Shown: piece by piece, positions 1 to 9,055 of the stretch
Numbering within the stretch: the first letter of the stretch is position 1
Layout: every line of letters begins with the position of its first letter
NCBI GenBank assembly: GCA_044356215.1
Contig: JBIKWQ010000044.1
Location: forward strand, 1 to 28,684
From: Bdellovibrionota bacterium
GTDB taxonomy: Bacteria > Bdellovibrionota_C > UBA2361 > OMII01
DNA length: 28,684 nucleotides
Direction of reading: 5' to 3'
Program-made: the position numbers and the translations under genes
Notes under the pieces: generated by a model
Told to the model about the DNA's origin: nothing
Seen by the model: the letters and a program-made list of their open reading frames with translations, nothing else
Database searches by the model: none

Positions 1-2
1 CA

Positions 3-89
3 GACAAGCTCTTAGCTCGTGTCTGCGATGCTATTAAATCTCTCGTCGATACTCCCGCACAGGTTTCCTCTATCTGCTCGCTCGCCTGA
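3..89 (+). CDS. Possible 3' end of a gene entering from the left edge (DKLLARVCDAIKSLVDTPAQVSSICSLA*)
   Basis: Frame open from the window edge to TGA at 87-89 with protein-like helical composition; an imperfect hairpin spans the stop. Too short to identify. Confidence 0.3.
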   Translation, partial: DKLLARVCDAIKSLVDTPAQVSSICSLA

Positions 90-215
90 ATCAGCGAGAG
101 CGTGCGCTTAACCACCACTACTTGTCGCAAACTGCGAGCCACGCTCGCTCGTTTGCCAGTACTTACCCTTACACCTAAATTTTCAAGTCCAATCGCTCCG
201 CTTTTCTGAAGAACG

Positions 216-515
216 CTATAATTCGTGTGTATTCACCTTGCCTATAAACAGAGCTCCTGCGGCTCGCAACGCCTTCAACGCCGGACCTTCAGCACCAATA
301 TCAGGTAAATTCGCTCTAGTGCCAGCTTTGGTAGGGTGTGTCGCTACCTGGAATAAATCTTTGACGGAGCACAAGGCTCCATATAGTGGAAGGGAGCTAT
401 TAATATTGACGGCAAGGCGTGCCGCTTCATCAAAGAGTTCAAGGGAGAAAGCATTTAGGAGCGAGCTCGCTTCAGCGCGTCCCCTCGCTGTTTGAATTTT
501 TTCAAAAATATCCAT
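216..515 (-). pseudogene. Amidase-signature family (GatA-like) N-terminal fragment, truncated
   Basis: PLYGALCSVKDLF (catalytic Lys motif), TKAGT and LRAAGALFIGKVNTHEL match the amidase N-terminal half. TAG follows HEL directly, and no GGSSxG motif is present in any minus-strand frame in 1-215. Confidence 0.8.
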
Positions 516-636
516 TCTTGCGTCCTAGCTGACATGGGTTTGAAACCGCGGCACCAGATAACTCTAGTATATCTCGAGCGTGTGACATAGCTCTCCTTCA
601 ACCTCTCAGTGCCTTAATATTTACCCCACAAATCCC

Positions 637-664
637 TTGACTCTCAATCCAGATAGGCTAGGCT
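637..664 (+). promoter_or_regulatory. Putative sigma70 promoter, TTGACT-N16-TAGGCT
   Basis: -35 at 637-642, -10 at 659-664, ATG 8 nt downstream at 673 with no Shine-Dalgarno sequence. Confidence 0.45.
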
Positions 665-672
665 CCCCCGCT

Positions 673-1062
673 ATGAACATACTTAAAACTCTCCTATCGA
701 AGATCGTTGGAACCAAGCCAGCAGAGGCTGCGGCTCAGGTTCCGAATGCTAACCCAGCTGAGATGGCGAACGTGGCGCTTCAGGCCGCGAGCTCGGCGGC
801 TGCTGCTGATGTTGATGTAGCCCAGATCCTAACTGAGATGGCTGCCAAGAGTGGGGTAACTCTTAATTGGCGCACATCGATCGTTGATCTGATGAAGCTA
901 GTCGGGATGGACAGCAGCTTAGGCGCGCGTAAGGACTTAGCCGCTGAGCTAGGTTACACGGGTGACACCGCGGATTCAGCCGCGATGAACATCTGGTTAC
1001 ACAAGCAGGTGATGAAGAAGCTAGCAGAGAACGGTGGAAAGGTCCCAGCGGATCTTTTGTAA
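673..1062 (+). CDS. DUF3597 domain protein (129 aa)
   Basis: C-terminal LNWRTSIVDLMKLVGMDSSLGARKDLAAELGYTGD..DSAAMNIWLHKQVMKKLAENGGKVP is the DUF3597 signature, preceded by an Ala/Pro-rich linker. Start moved to ATG 673. Confidence 0.88.
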   Translation: MNILKTLLSKIVGTKPAEAAAQVPNANPAEMANVALQAASSAAAADVDVAQILTEMAAKSGVTLNWRTSIVDLMKLVGMDSSLGARKDLAAELGYTGDTADSAAMNIWLHKQVMKKLAENGGKVPADLL

Positions 1063-1174
1063 GCTTCATTTTAATGGCGAGTGATCCTGTAAATTCAGAG
1101 AGCGTCGTTTACGCCGCGATCCCGCCATTTCCACTCACCTAGAGCAGCAGTTCGGTTTTAGGCACCACGTCGTT

Positions 1175-1369
1175 ATGGCGCGACTAATTAATTTAGGCGG
1201 CGATATCTTCCGAGAGAAGGTACGCGACCTTAAACTAGCCGGCAGAAAGAGTGAGCCCGCTATCGCCGATATCTTGGGGTTGATTGGTAATCCATATGAG
1301 AGTGTCGCGGAGTTGAATGACTTATCAGATGGGGAGTTGGTTCGGGTAATGAGAGATGGGTTGCACTAG
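1175..1369 (+). CDS. Small hypothetical protein (64 aa)
   Basis: ATG-started ORF filling the gap, plausible composition, no recognised motif. Confidence 0.4.
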   Translation: MARLINLGGDIFREKVRDLKLAGRKSEPAIADILGLIGNPYESVAELNDLSDGELVRVMRDGLH

Positions 1370-1557
1370 AAGAATATTTTTTTGCTCTCCTTAACAGACC
1401 TATCCCCCCGTCTAATACCCCTAAATGACACGCTTTCTTAGCGGGTAAAAAATAGTGCTCCTACGCCCTGATGTCACATATCAGCGCCTTTTCATCATAA
1501 CGCAGTAAAAGGAGTTCATTAAGGCGACCGCGGTGGTCGTTAGCTGGGAGATACGTT

Positions 1558-3510
1558 ATGGAAGCAAGGCCTACATCCGATCCCTCCCTCCAAACTGCCG
1601 CGGTAAAGACACTAACTAATGAGAGTAATGGATCTGCACATTTTTCAGTCACTTTATCGGACGGTACAGTTCTTAAATTACCACCTAGGCCAGATCCCCT
1701 CACCCCCACCACAAATAGGAATCGGGCTTCTGATAGTATTGTGGTATTTCCGATAAAATCCGGACTAGGCACCTCTGCTCAAAATGCTATGCAGGGGCCG
1801 TATCAATTTATTAAGAGTGGTATAGTTGAGTTCTTGCAAGCCCAAGTAGGTTTCGGCTCCGTAGAGCGCGCAAAGAGTATAACTGAGCAAGATTTTTGTG
1901 GGCCAGATGCAGAAGATTTATCGCCAAGCGAAAAGTTATTTCGCCAGATTGCTCCCTTTGCCGCTGAAGGAGCGGAGAGAATGCTTTCATATCTCAATCA
2001 AGGAAAGACGGTCCTCTCAATAGGGGGAGACCACTCAATGTCATTCGCCTCCCTCAAGGCATTTTCTAAATTCTGTCATGATAATAACTTAAAAGGGGCG
2101 GTAGTTCACATTGATGCTCATGGTGATATCAACTATCTAAGACCCGAAAATAATTATCAACCTGACGCGGGTGAGAGTGGGAACCCACACGGTATGGTGT
2201 TGCGTGCAGCGTTTGATAAAGTGCATCCGTTAATAGATACGATATATCCAGAGGCTTATTTAGATTGGAAAAATTATCTAGGCATAGGTCTTCGCTCTTT
2301 AGATCCAAAGGAGCAGGCGACGATAAGAGACAAGAAGCTTAAAGTGCATACCCGAGAAGGACTGAATCTGGATGATGTCAAAAAATCGATCCGTGAATTA
2401 AGGGAAAATGTTGATGTTGTAATGGTATCTTTCGATATTGATGTTGCTGACATGACCGTCGCTTCCGCGACAGAGATGCAGAACAGCGACGGGCTATCAT
2501 TAGATCAGATTTATCGTGTCGCGGCTTCACTAGGTGAAGCCGCCGCTGGACTTGCCTCGGTCATAGCCGTAGATGTAGCGGAGCTTTATCCGAGACATGG
2601 TAAGGCTGATGAGACAGAGCGAACAATTGATATGGTAAAAGGCTTTCTTGCGCGGGTCTTTGGCATCTTTAACATTGAATATGGCGATCACATGGAACGC
2701 GAAGTAAAGGCGGGAGACGGTGGAGACGGTCATGGCAGTGAAAAAACGCGCGAGCTTCCCGACCTGATTAATCAGGTCCTTGCTAATCAGATTTTTAGAG
2801 ATTGGGATGACGAAAATAGAGGTGTAAAAGTAGCGCTGCCACAACTAGCCAGCAAACCCAATTGGTTTAAAAAGGGAAGTGTTCTTAGCACTATAGCCGG
2901 AGCATTAGTGGGCCTTGGATTCTTCTTGGGACGGGAGAGCGAAGTCTCTCCAGACACTCAACAGCAAGGAGTCACTAGAGTTGCTCCTTTGGACATAAAC
3001 TCGGCCGAGGCGATAAATCTCCCCGTTACCTGGGGTCAAAGCGCAGACCCCAATCTTAAAGATCCGAGGGCTATTGGGTGGAGCGACTCATTTCTAACCG
3101 GAACGTGGGACTATAGGCATCAGGAGCAAGCCAGCGATCAATTTAAGCATCTCAAGAATTTGGTGGACGCGGAGTTGAGAAGTCACCACAAAAGTTTGAC
3201 TGAGTTCTTTGAGAAAGAAAGGGATGGCTTCTATCATCCCACCTTGGGCCGGGCTACCGATAGCGATCATTATCAGCGTAACAGCACTATTTCATACGTT
3301 ATGAGCGCAGTGACCTTAGCACTTTTGAGAACCTCGCCAGAGCACCGCACGCAGTTATTGGAGCAGACCGTAGGAGGCGTGTTTGCGGGAGACGAGGGAG
3401 CAAAAATTAAGTTTACGGTTGAACTTAACAAATTCACCTTGAACGTTGAAAGCAAAGATAAATTGATGAAGAGCCTTGAAACTATGAGATTTCTACCTGA
3501 GCGCACATGA
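1558..3510 (+). CDS. Arginase-family (ureohydrolase) enzyme with a transmembrane helix and an unknown C-terminal domain (650 aa)
   Basis: GGDHS, HIDAHGD, SGNPHGM, GLRSLD..E, SFDID and DVAELYP motifs. Hydrophobic VLSTIAGALVGLGFFLG (2881-2931) follows KKG. GGGAG lies upstream of the ATG. Confidence 0.85.
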   Translation: MEARPTSDPSLQTAAVKTLTNESNGSAHFSVTLSDGTVLKLPPRPDPLTPTTNRNRASDSIVVFPIKSGLGTSAQNAMQGPYQFIKSGIVEFLQAQVGFGSVERAKSITEQDFCGPDAEDLSPSEKLFRQIAPFAAEGAERMLSYLNQGKTVLSIGGDHSMSFASLKAFSKFCHDNNLKGAVVHIDAHGDINYLRPENNYQPDAGESGNPHGMVLRAAFDKVHPLIDTIYPEAYLDWKNYLGIGLRSLDPKEQATIRDKKLKVHTREGLNLDDVKKSIRELRENVDVVMVSFDIDVADMTVASATEMQNSDGLSLDQIYRVAASLGEAAAGLASVIAVDVAELYPRHGKADETERTIDMVKGFLARVFGIFNIEYGDHMEREVKAGDGGDGHGSEKTRELPDLINQVLANQIFRDWDDENRGVKVALPQLASKPNWFKKGSVLSTIAGALVGLGFFLGRESEVSPDTQQQGVTRVAPLDINSAEAINLPVTWGQSADPNLKDPRAIGWSDSFLTGTWDYRHQEQASDQFKHLKNLVDAELRSHHKSLTEFFEKERDGFYHPTLGRATDSDHYQRNSTISYVMSAVTLALLRTSPEHRTQLLEQTVGGVFAGDEGAKIKFTVELNKFTLNVESKDKLMKSLETMRFLPERT

Positions 3511-3560
3511 TGAGTTCACTAAATTACTATCCATCAGAGACGCATTCTCGCGGCAGTAAG

Positions 3561-3884
3561 CTATTCAGCAAACATCTCTTGAAGAATAGATAACGTTTTC
3601 TTCTGAGTTTCGGAGTCGATCGTTCCTAATCGCTTAACCAATCTTGCCGTGTCGACAGTTCTAATCTGATCAAGGACGATCTCGCCCAGCTTGCCTTTGA
3701 ATTTGCAAACTAAACGTGTCGGATACCCTCGTGCCTTGGTAGTTATTGGGGCTACTATAACAGAAGAAATAAAGTGGTTCATCTCATCAGGTGAGATTAC
3801 CAAACATGGTCTGGTTTTTTTTATCTCGCGACCAATTATGGGATCTAGGTTTACCAGATAGACGTCGAATCGATTCACTTCCAT
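3561..3884 (-). CDS. mazF: Type II toxin, PemK/MazF family endoribonuclease (107 aa)
   Basis: RFDVYLVNLDP..GREIKKTRPCLVISP, VIVAPITT and VLDQIRTVD..RL. ATG 3884 has a GAGGAG RBS and overlaps the antitoxin end by 10 nt. Confidence 0.93.
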   Translation of the reverse strand: MEVNRFDVYLVNLDPIIGREIKKTRPCLVISPDEMNHFISSVIVAPITTKARGYPTRLVCKFKGKLGEIVLDQIRTVDTARLVKRLGTIDSETQKKTLSILQEMFAE

Positions 3885-4126
3885 TCCCACTCCTCGTTGT
3901 CCCACGACGAGAGTCTGTATTCGTCCAGCAGTTTATCATCGCCAGATTTCGCCATTTCATGGAAGGCTTTTGCCCAATTGAGCCGCTCGCTACGGCAAGG
4001 CTTTATTACGAGCGAATCCTTCGAGGTTTCTAAAGTTACTTCATTCCCAATACCTAGCTGCTCAAGGAGTGCCTTAGGAATCCGGATCCCTTTGGAATTC
4101 CCGATATCGATAATTTTTATCTTCAT
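3875..4126 (-). CDS. mazE: Type II antitoxin, AbrB/MazE family (83 aa)
   Basis: MKIKIIDIGNSKGIRIPKALL AbrB-fold start and acidic Trp-rich tail WDNEEWEW; directly upstream of the toxin. Confidence 0.92.
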   Translation of the reverse strand: MKIKIIDIGNSKGIRIPKALLEQLGIGNEVTLETSKDSLVIKPCRSERLNWAKAFHEMAKSGDDKLLDEYRLSSWDNEEWEWK

Positions 4127-4164
4127 AGTAATTACATTGTAATTACTACATTGGGGTTCCGCAA
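4126..4164 (-). promoter_or_regulatory. TA promoter (TTGCGG-N17-TACAAT) overlapped by an 11-1-11 palindromic operator
   Basis: -35 at 4164-4159 and -10 at 4141-4136. Perfect inverted repeat TAGTAATTACA-T-TGTAATTACTA at 4126-4148 covers the -10 and touches the ATG. Confidence 0.8.
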
Positions 4165-4174
4165 GGTAAATAAA

Positions 4175-4334
4175 TAGGGCACCGCAGTCATTTTTTACCA
4201 CAGAGGGCGCATAGGAGCAGAGAATAGGCCATTTTATTGGCAACTATGGCGATTATCTGTGTCATCTGCGTCCTGTGGTGAAAAATATTTTACTAATTAT
4301 CCCAGTAGATTACCAAAAACACAGCGACGCCCTG
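4175..4334 (+). mobile_element. MITE-like repeat, copy A (160 bp, most degenerate hairpin)
   Basis: Aligns end to end with 10481-10643 and with the reverse complement of 20605-20767. Ends TAGGGCACCGC...GCGACGCCCTG. No flanking duplication; CGCCCTG is repeated in tandem at the right end. Confidence 0.8.
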
Positions 4335-4438
4335 CGCCCTGATGCTACGCCAGCGCTCACTGAAGTGATAACTTATGAGTCTTATGTCTGTTAGTTATCG
4401 GAAGACTGGTGAGTTTACGCGGCGTTAGCGCCGCTACG

Positions 4439-5260
4439 CTACTTCGGAAACAATAAAGTAAATACTGCCCGTGCTCCCCATCCCTCGGGGCCGCCGTCTG
4501 GAGATTCAATCCAGTAGCGTGGCCCAACGCCAATCTGCATAGGTTGAGAGCCTATCTTGAAAAGCTGACTCACTATTAAGTTAACTGGAACGGACCAATT
4601 TTGGTCGCTCCAATTGTAGGTCGACTCACTGTTCAGAGTGATTGTGGTTTTAGTTGAGGTGATATAGCTCATAAACGGCTGCATGAAGGTCGCGTTCACG
4701 TCACTACGTGACTCATCTCCCGCGAATGACCAGATGTGATTGGCTAATCCACCGTACGTCCAAGCACCTGTTTGCCGGAGAGCTACAAATGTGGGGCCTA
4801 AGCCCCATTTCTGAGCTCCTAGCAGCTCATCAGTCGCTGTTGGCAGAAGTAGAGCTGGTCCAATTCCCCAAATCAATCCACTTGCGGTTGGCTGTTTGGG
4901 AGAGAGGAATAAGCTCTGTAAAGTATCTCCAAGCCCCCCAGAATCCGATCCAAATGAAGGTTCAGAATGAGCGACAACTGGCAAGATCGTTCGCGATATA
5001 ATATTGAATGAATCGCTTACGGAGAATGGTATAACCGGCTGTATGTTTATTAGATGCTTGGAGCCCTGGTCCGTAACTCCATACTTGTCATCAAAGTTAT
5101 ACTGAAAAGGGACACTTACGAGGGATGCCACTGGATTGGCTAGTTTCTGAGCTAAATTAGCATCATCCTCGGCCATGGTAGGCGCTGAAGAGAAAAATCC
5201 ACTCAGACCTAACACAGCGATCCATGTAGCTATAATAACGCGAGTTTGGGCTGTTTTCAT
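4439..5260 (-). CDS. Putative outer-membrane beta-barrel transporter (273 aa)
   Basis: Signal peptide, LAQKLANPVASLVSVPFQYN, INIQPVIPF, GLGD..QSLFLSP, WGIGP, amphipathic strands, C-terminal FTLLFPK. GGAG RBS before ATG 5260. Confidence 0.75.
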   Translation of the reverse strand: MKTAQTRVIIATWIAVLGLSGFFSSAPTMAEDDANLAQKLANPVASLVSVPFQYNFDDKYGVTDQGSKHLINIQPVIPFSVSDSFNIISRTILPVVAHSEPSFGSDSGGLGDTLQSLFLSPKQPTASGLIWGIGPALLLPTATDELLGAQKWGLGPTFVALRQTGAWTYGGLANHIWSFAGDESRSDVNATFMQPFMSYITSTKTTITLNSESTYNWSDQNWSVPVNLIVSQLFKIGSQPMQIGVGPRYWIESPDGGPEGWGARAVFTLLFPK

Positions 5261-5294
5261 AAAATCTCCATTTTTACCAGCCTTCAGAAGCATA

Positions 5295-6635
5295 CTATCG
5301 CCTACGAAATCCCCCACCACCGCCGCCGCGACTAAAACCTCCAGCGCTCGCGCGACTCGCGGCACCTCTTGCGGCAGCTCTGTTAACACTTCCCTGACCG
5401 CGGTTCATTCCAGATAGTCCACCGCCAGAGCCGCGCGTTTGAGATATGTTTGACGCGCTCGCTTGAGCTCTCTGTCTGGCTTCTGGATTGTCTCGTAGCT
5501 GATTTGCCCGCTGATTCATGTTCTCTCGATTGATTGATGCGGCGCGCTCAGAGATCTCTCTGTTTGACCTGGCATCGCTTAGGCGTTGATTCGCCGCGGA
5601 GCGATCGAAATTTGAGTTCTGTACTCTTTTCGCGGCGTCACTATTTCGAGCGGAGGAGAGCTTCTGATCCAGAGAGCCACTTTGATAAGAGGATCGCGAG
5701 CTACTTACTCGGCTTTGAGCTTCAGCTCTTTTTTCAGGTGTCCAAGATGTTCCCCTAGTCTGCCTCTCGTTTCTCCATTCTTGCTGCTTTCGGCCGAGGT
5801 CTTGTCGATACTCACGCCAATCGTCTCGATTGTTCTGCTGCCACTCCTGTTGATCTCGCGCGAAATCATAGGCGTTATCCCAACGGTCACGGCGATAATC
5901 AACCCAGTTGTTTACGGCGGGACCTCCATGCCAGAATCCAGGCCCATAAAAGCCTCCACCATAATAGTAGTGGTCGTCGTGGTGATCTGCCACCGCATAT
6001 CCTAGTGCCATGCCCAAGCCGAACGAGGCTAGTGGAACTAGCAGAGAGGTTGAATTGCTGACAGGCTTTTCATAGACAGTAGCGTTGGTAGTTGTCGGCA
6101 CGTACACCACCTGCGGGTTAGCTGGCTCCACGCGGATAATAGTCGTGTTATTTGGGCCTTTCTCTTCGATAACGTGCTGTTGCTCAGACTCCTCAAGGTT
6201 TCCGACTGTTTTCGCGCGAGCTCTCATTGTTTGAATAGCGCTGCGTAGCTCTTCATTTTGATTTATAAACGCGGAACCTAGAGTGAGAGTCCAATCTATG
6301 TCAGACGCGAGCTTAACGAGGATACTCGGGTAATTCGCGATCCCTTTTACCGAATCATCCCAAGGCTGATTCCTAATACCCGCTGGGTCCTTTCCCTGCT
6401 CGTTGTACATAGCGGCATCTAGTATCTGCTCTGGGAATGTTGAAGCAGCTAAGACCTGTTGAAGTAATAGGTCTGGATAGAGTGCTATCGGTTGCACGAG
6501 TTTCTCTAACTGTGCCCGTGAAAGCACGGTAGGTCCGCTCTGCGTTGAGCTTGCCTGGTCCACCGCGAAAGCGTTGGAAGTCGCTAAAATAAGCGATATA
6601 GAAAGAACGAAAACTGTCGTTATGCGAATCATCAT
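5295..6635 (-). CDS. DUF3300 domain exported protein with R/S/G-rich low-complexity tail (446 aa)
   Basis: QLEKLVQPIALYPD.LL.QVLAASTFP, QPWDDSVK, WT..LG.AF..Q, AIQ.MR.RA and IRVEPANPQVVYVP. Signal peptide; TAAGGAG RBS. Confidence 0.88.
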   Translation of the reverse strand: MMIRITTVFVLSISLILATSNAFAVDQASSTQSGPTVLSRAQLEKLVQPIALYPDLLLQQVLAASTFPEQILDAAMYNEQGKDPAGIRNQPWDDSVKGIANYPSILVKLASDIDWTLTLGSAFINQNEELRSAIQTMRARAKTVGNLEESEQQHVIEEKGPNNTTIIRVEPANPQVVYVPTTTNATVYEKPVSNSTSLLVPLASFGLGMALGYAVADHHDDHYYYGGGFYGPGFWHGGPAVNNWVDYRRDRWDNAYDFARDQQEWQQNNRDDWREYRQDLGRKQQEWRNERQTRGTSWTPEKRAEAQSRVSSSRSSYQSGSLDQKLSSARNSDAAKRVQNSNFDRSAANQRLSDARSNREISERAASINRENMNQRANQLRDNPEARQRAQASASNISQTRGSGGGLSGMNRGQGSVNRAAARGAASRASAGGFSRGGGGGGFRRR

Positions 6636-6642
6636 GCTCTCC

Positions 6643-7545
6643 TTACTCCACGCGTGTCCAAGAATCGTCCACATTTAGTCGCGATAATTTGCTGGCGGCT
6701 AAATCATCTCCTAAATTCTTTTCGTATACCCAGCCTCGCTCATTTAAGGCAAAAGTCATGACCCCGCTCTCATTCCACACGACCGGAGTGGCGAAAAGCC
6801 AGTAGCGCCCAGGCTTCGATAGCGCATCAACAGGCTCATCCGCGTTAACAGAAGGCTGGATTAAGCTGTAGAGGTACCCGTGAAGTGGTCGCGGTTGGTC
6901 GGTTGAGGTTACCGAGTATCCCTCGGCAGCCGCTTGGGCGACGACATGACTCAAGGGGCTCGTCTCGGTGTCGCCATCGGCGGAGGACCAATACAGACCC
7001 TCTCGATTGCCTGGGGTGCTTATGATTCGCGTGGCGTATGTGAGGATGCCATCGCCGTTCCAGTCCTTCGCTGAGTACTCTCGTTGAGCGATGTAAATTG
7101 AGCGCATAGTGTCGAGGGTTGCGAATTCGTTCTCACCGATTCTTCTGTCTAGGACCTCCTCCCTTCCAGCCGCGGCATCGAATACCCATGAGTCACCTCT
7201 CTGAACTAGCGGCACTGCAAATGGCCAACGCTTACTTCCTAAAAGAACCGTAGATTGACCGGACTTAGTTTGTTCAAGGGAATGACGCTCCTTAAACATA
7301 GCGCTGAAAAGGGAAGCACGTTGCTTATCAAGAATGGGGTCTCCGCTGTCCAGCAGATAGTCGCCACCAGAGCCAAGCAAAGCCGCGGCGTCCTTTTTCT
7401 CGCCGCCTGCCACAACTCTCTCTAACCTCTCAAGGGCAGCTTCAGGTGAGGTAAAGCGCTCAGGGGGTGTCTGCAGAGCTGAGCAGCCGACCATTGAAAA
7501 TGCAGCGGCTATCACCGGTGTTCTGAAAAAAGATAGGTCTATCAT
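6643..7545 (-). CDS. DUF2950 family lipoprotein (300 aa)
   Basis: F.SPEAA, WPFAVPLV, W.FD.AAG.EEVL.RRIG.NE, AQREY, YA.RIIS.PG.REGLYW, PLHGY, SGVMTF and VYEKNLG. Lipobox-like MVGC. Confidence 0.88.
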   Translation of the reverse strand: MIDLSFFRTPVIAAAFSMVGCSALQTPPERFTSPEAALERLERVVAGGEKKDAAALLGSGGDYLLDSGDPILDKQRASLFSAMFKERHSLEQTKSGQSTVLLGSKRWPFAVPLVQRGDSWVFDAAAGREEVLDRRIGENEFATLDTMRSIYIAQREYSAKDWNGDGILTYATRIISTPGNREGLYWSSADGDTETSPLSHVVAQAAAEGYSVTSTDQPRPLHGYLYSLIQPSVNADEPVDALSKPGRYWLFATPVVWNESGVMTFALNERGWVYEKNLGDDLAASKLSRLNVDDSWTRVE

Positions 7546-7741
7546 GCGGATACTCCAATGAGAGTCGGGAAAATTGATCGAAACATTCGGAAGCCACTAT
7601 CTCGATATGGGCCTTGTAAGACTACAAACAATCCAGGATTGCGTCGAGAAGATATTAAGCCGTTGCTTAAAATAGCTCTTGTCAAGGTGGGGCTAGTCGG
7701 AATATCTAATCAGACCAAGTCGAAGAGAGGGGAACTAACCT

Positions 7742-8716
7742 ATGAGATTCAAGCAAAGTAGATCTTCTATCATTCAAGGAATTCGAGTTTTTTTGTTACT
7801 GGCAGGAGCGACGCTCCCCACCAATAATCTGCGTGCCGCCCCTAACGCGAATGAGTTTAACGACCGAGTTAACGAGGTTGTAAATGGAGTGACGATCTTC
7901 ACTTCGCAAGACACGGCTTCATCAGGAGTTTTCTCATTCGATTCTGACACTCCTGGAGTCGGGGACGCGGATATTGACCTGATCAAGCTCCCTGGTAAGT
8001 ACACCTTTGGGGATGAGAATGATGTGCTTCGACCTCAGATCCGAGGAGTCCTGGGAAGTTTAGAGTCAAAACGCTCGGTTGCGACAGGGTCGCCTGGGTC
8101 AATCGATGATTTTTCGAGGTTAGAGGTGCTTACCGCTGGAGTTTCCGGTGGGGTCGTTTATAGGCCGTGGCGTGAGCTGCGAATTACTCCGCTTATTGGC
8201 GTCGCTTATTCTCATGTAAAGCGCAGGTACGACTATAACAATTCTTTTAGTCAGATGAACTTACTGCCATACGATAGAGAAGCGTTCAACACATCAGTTG
8301 ACGTAATGACGTATTCACCAACGGTCGAGTTAGATTACACATTTCGTGAGGGTGCTACGGTCTTTATTCCGAAAGTTCGTTATTCACACCTGTTTAATGA
8401 CTCGGTATCCAGTAAGAGCTCAGTTATCGACGTGAACTCAGACTCCGGAATGCTGCAGAGCTTCTTGGATGTTGAAACGCCCCTTGGATACAAAGTTTAT
8501 GGGCAAGACTTAGGATTGCACCCATTTATTGTGCGTACGGATCTATTTGGCACGGCGAAAGAGGCTAGAGGGCCAAATTATTTCTACGAAGCAGGAGCAG
8601 ACCTGACATTCACTGATAAAGATAGAAAGCTAATTGAGGGCTTCTCTCTTGGCGCCTCATATATCTTTGGCGATAACTTCTCCGGATATCGAATCGGAGT
8701 TGGGCTGATTTTCTAG
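7742..8716 (+). CDS. Outer-membrane beta-barrel protein, possibly solitary autotransporter-like barrel (324 aa)
   Basis: Signal peptide, alternating hydrophobic strands, terminal Phe (GYRIGVGLIF). GAGGGG RBS. Family assignment tentative. Confidence 0.65.
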   Translation: MRFKQSRSSIIQGIRVFLLLAGATLPTNNLRAAPNANEFNDRVNEVVNGVTIFTSQDTASSGVFSFDSDTPGVGDADIDLIKLPGKYTFGDENDVLRPQIRGVLGSLESKRSVATGSPGSIDDFSRLEVLTAGVSGGVVYRPWRELRITPLIGVAYSHVKRRYDYNNSFSQMNLLPYDREAFNTSVDVMTYSPTVELDYTFREGATVFIPKVRYSHLFNDSVSSKSSVIDVNSDSGMLQSFLDVETPLGYKVYGQDLGLHPFIVRTDLFGTAKEARGPNYFYEAGADLTFTDKDRKLIEGFSLGASYIFGDNFSGYRIGVGLIF

Positions 8717-8758
8717 CCCGCATTATTCACCAGACTTCGTTGCGAGAAGGTCGATGTA

Positions 8759-8850
8759 CTTGAAGATGCGAAGGAAAATGGAAAATTTGCTCGCAGCAGT
8801 ATTTCACATACTGCGAGAACAAATTTTTCAGTTTACGCAGCAGACTCAAG
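8759..8850. repeat. Imperfect long palindromic element
   Basis: Nested arms CTTGAAGATGC/GCAGACTCAAG, AAAATTTG/CAAATTTT and CTCGCAG(CAG)TAT/ATACTGCGAG. Confidence 0.6.
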
Positions 8851-8948
8851 GTGAGTAGTTATTATTTCCATCCCTCGTTGCTCTGCAAAGCCGCCCCTTA
8901 ATAGGGGCTAACGTCATTCCGGCAGAATATGCTGAGTAGTTACAATTA

Positions 8949-9055
8949 TCCTAGATTCGGCAGTTAAGGAGGATGAAAGTGGCGCAGGTACTCAAAAGCC
9001 TTAAGTGATTTTGAGTACCTGCGCCATTTTCAGACCCGCAACTGCGAATTTAGGA
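8949..9055. repeat. 107-bp palindromic element flanked by TTA direct repeats
   Basis: Perfect 18-bp stem TGGCGCAGGTACTCAAAA (8980-8997)/TTTTGAGTACCTGCGCCA (9009-9026). Outer arms GCAGTT/AACTGC and TCCTAGATTCG/CGAATTTAGGA. TTA at 8946-8948 and 9056-9058. Confidence 0.75.

Noticed and set aside
216..218. TAG readthrough or recoding of the amidase
   Set aside because: The in-frame continuation (RSSEKRSDWT*) is not amidase-like and stops again; TAG terminates many intact genes in this window.
4419..4434. GCGGCG-TTAG-CGCCGC hairpin after the barrel gene as an intrinsic terminator
   Set aside because: No U-tract on the transcribed (minus) strand; function unsupported.
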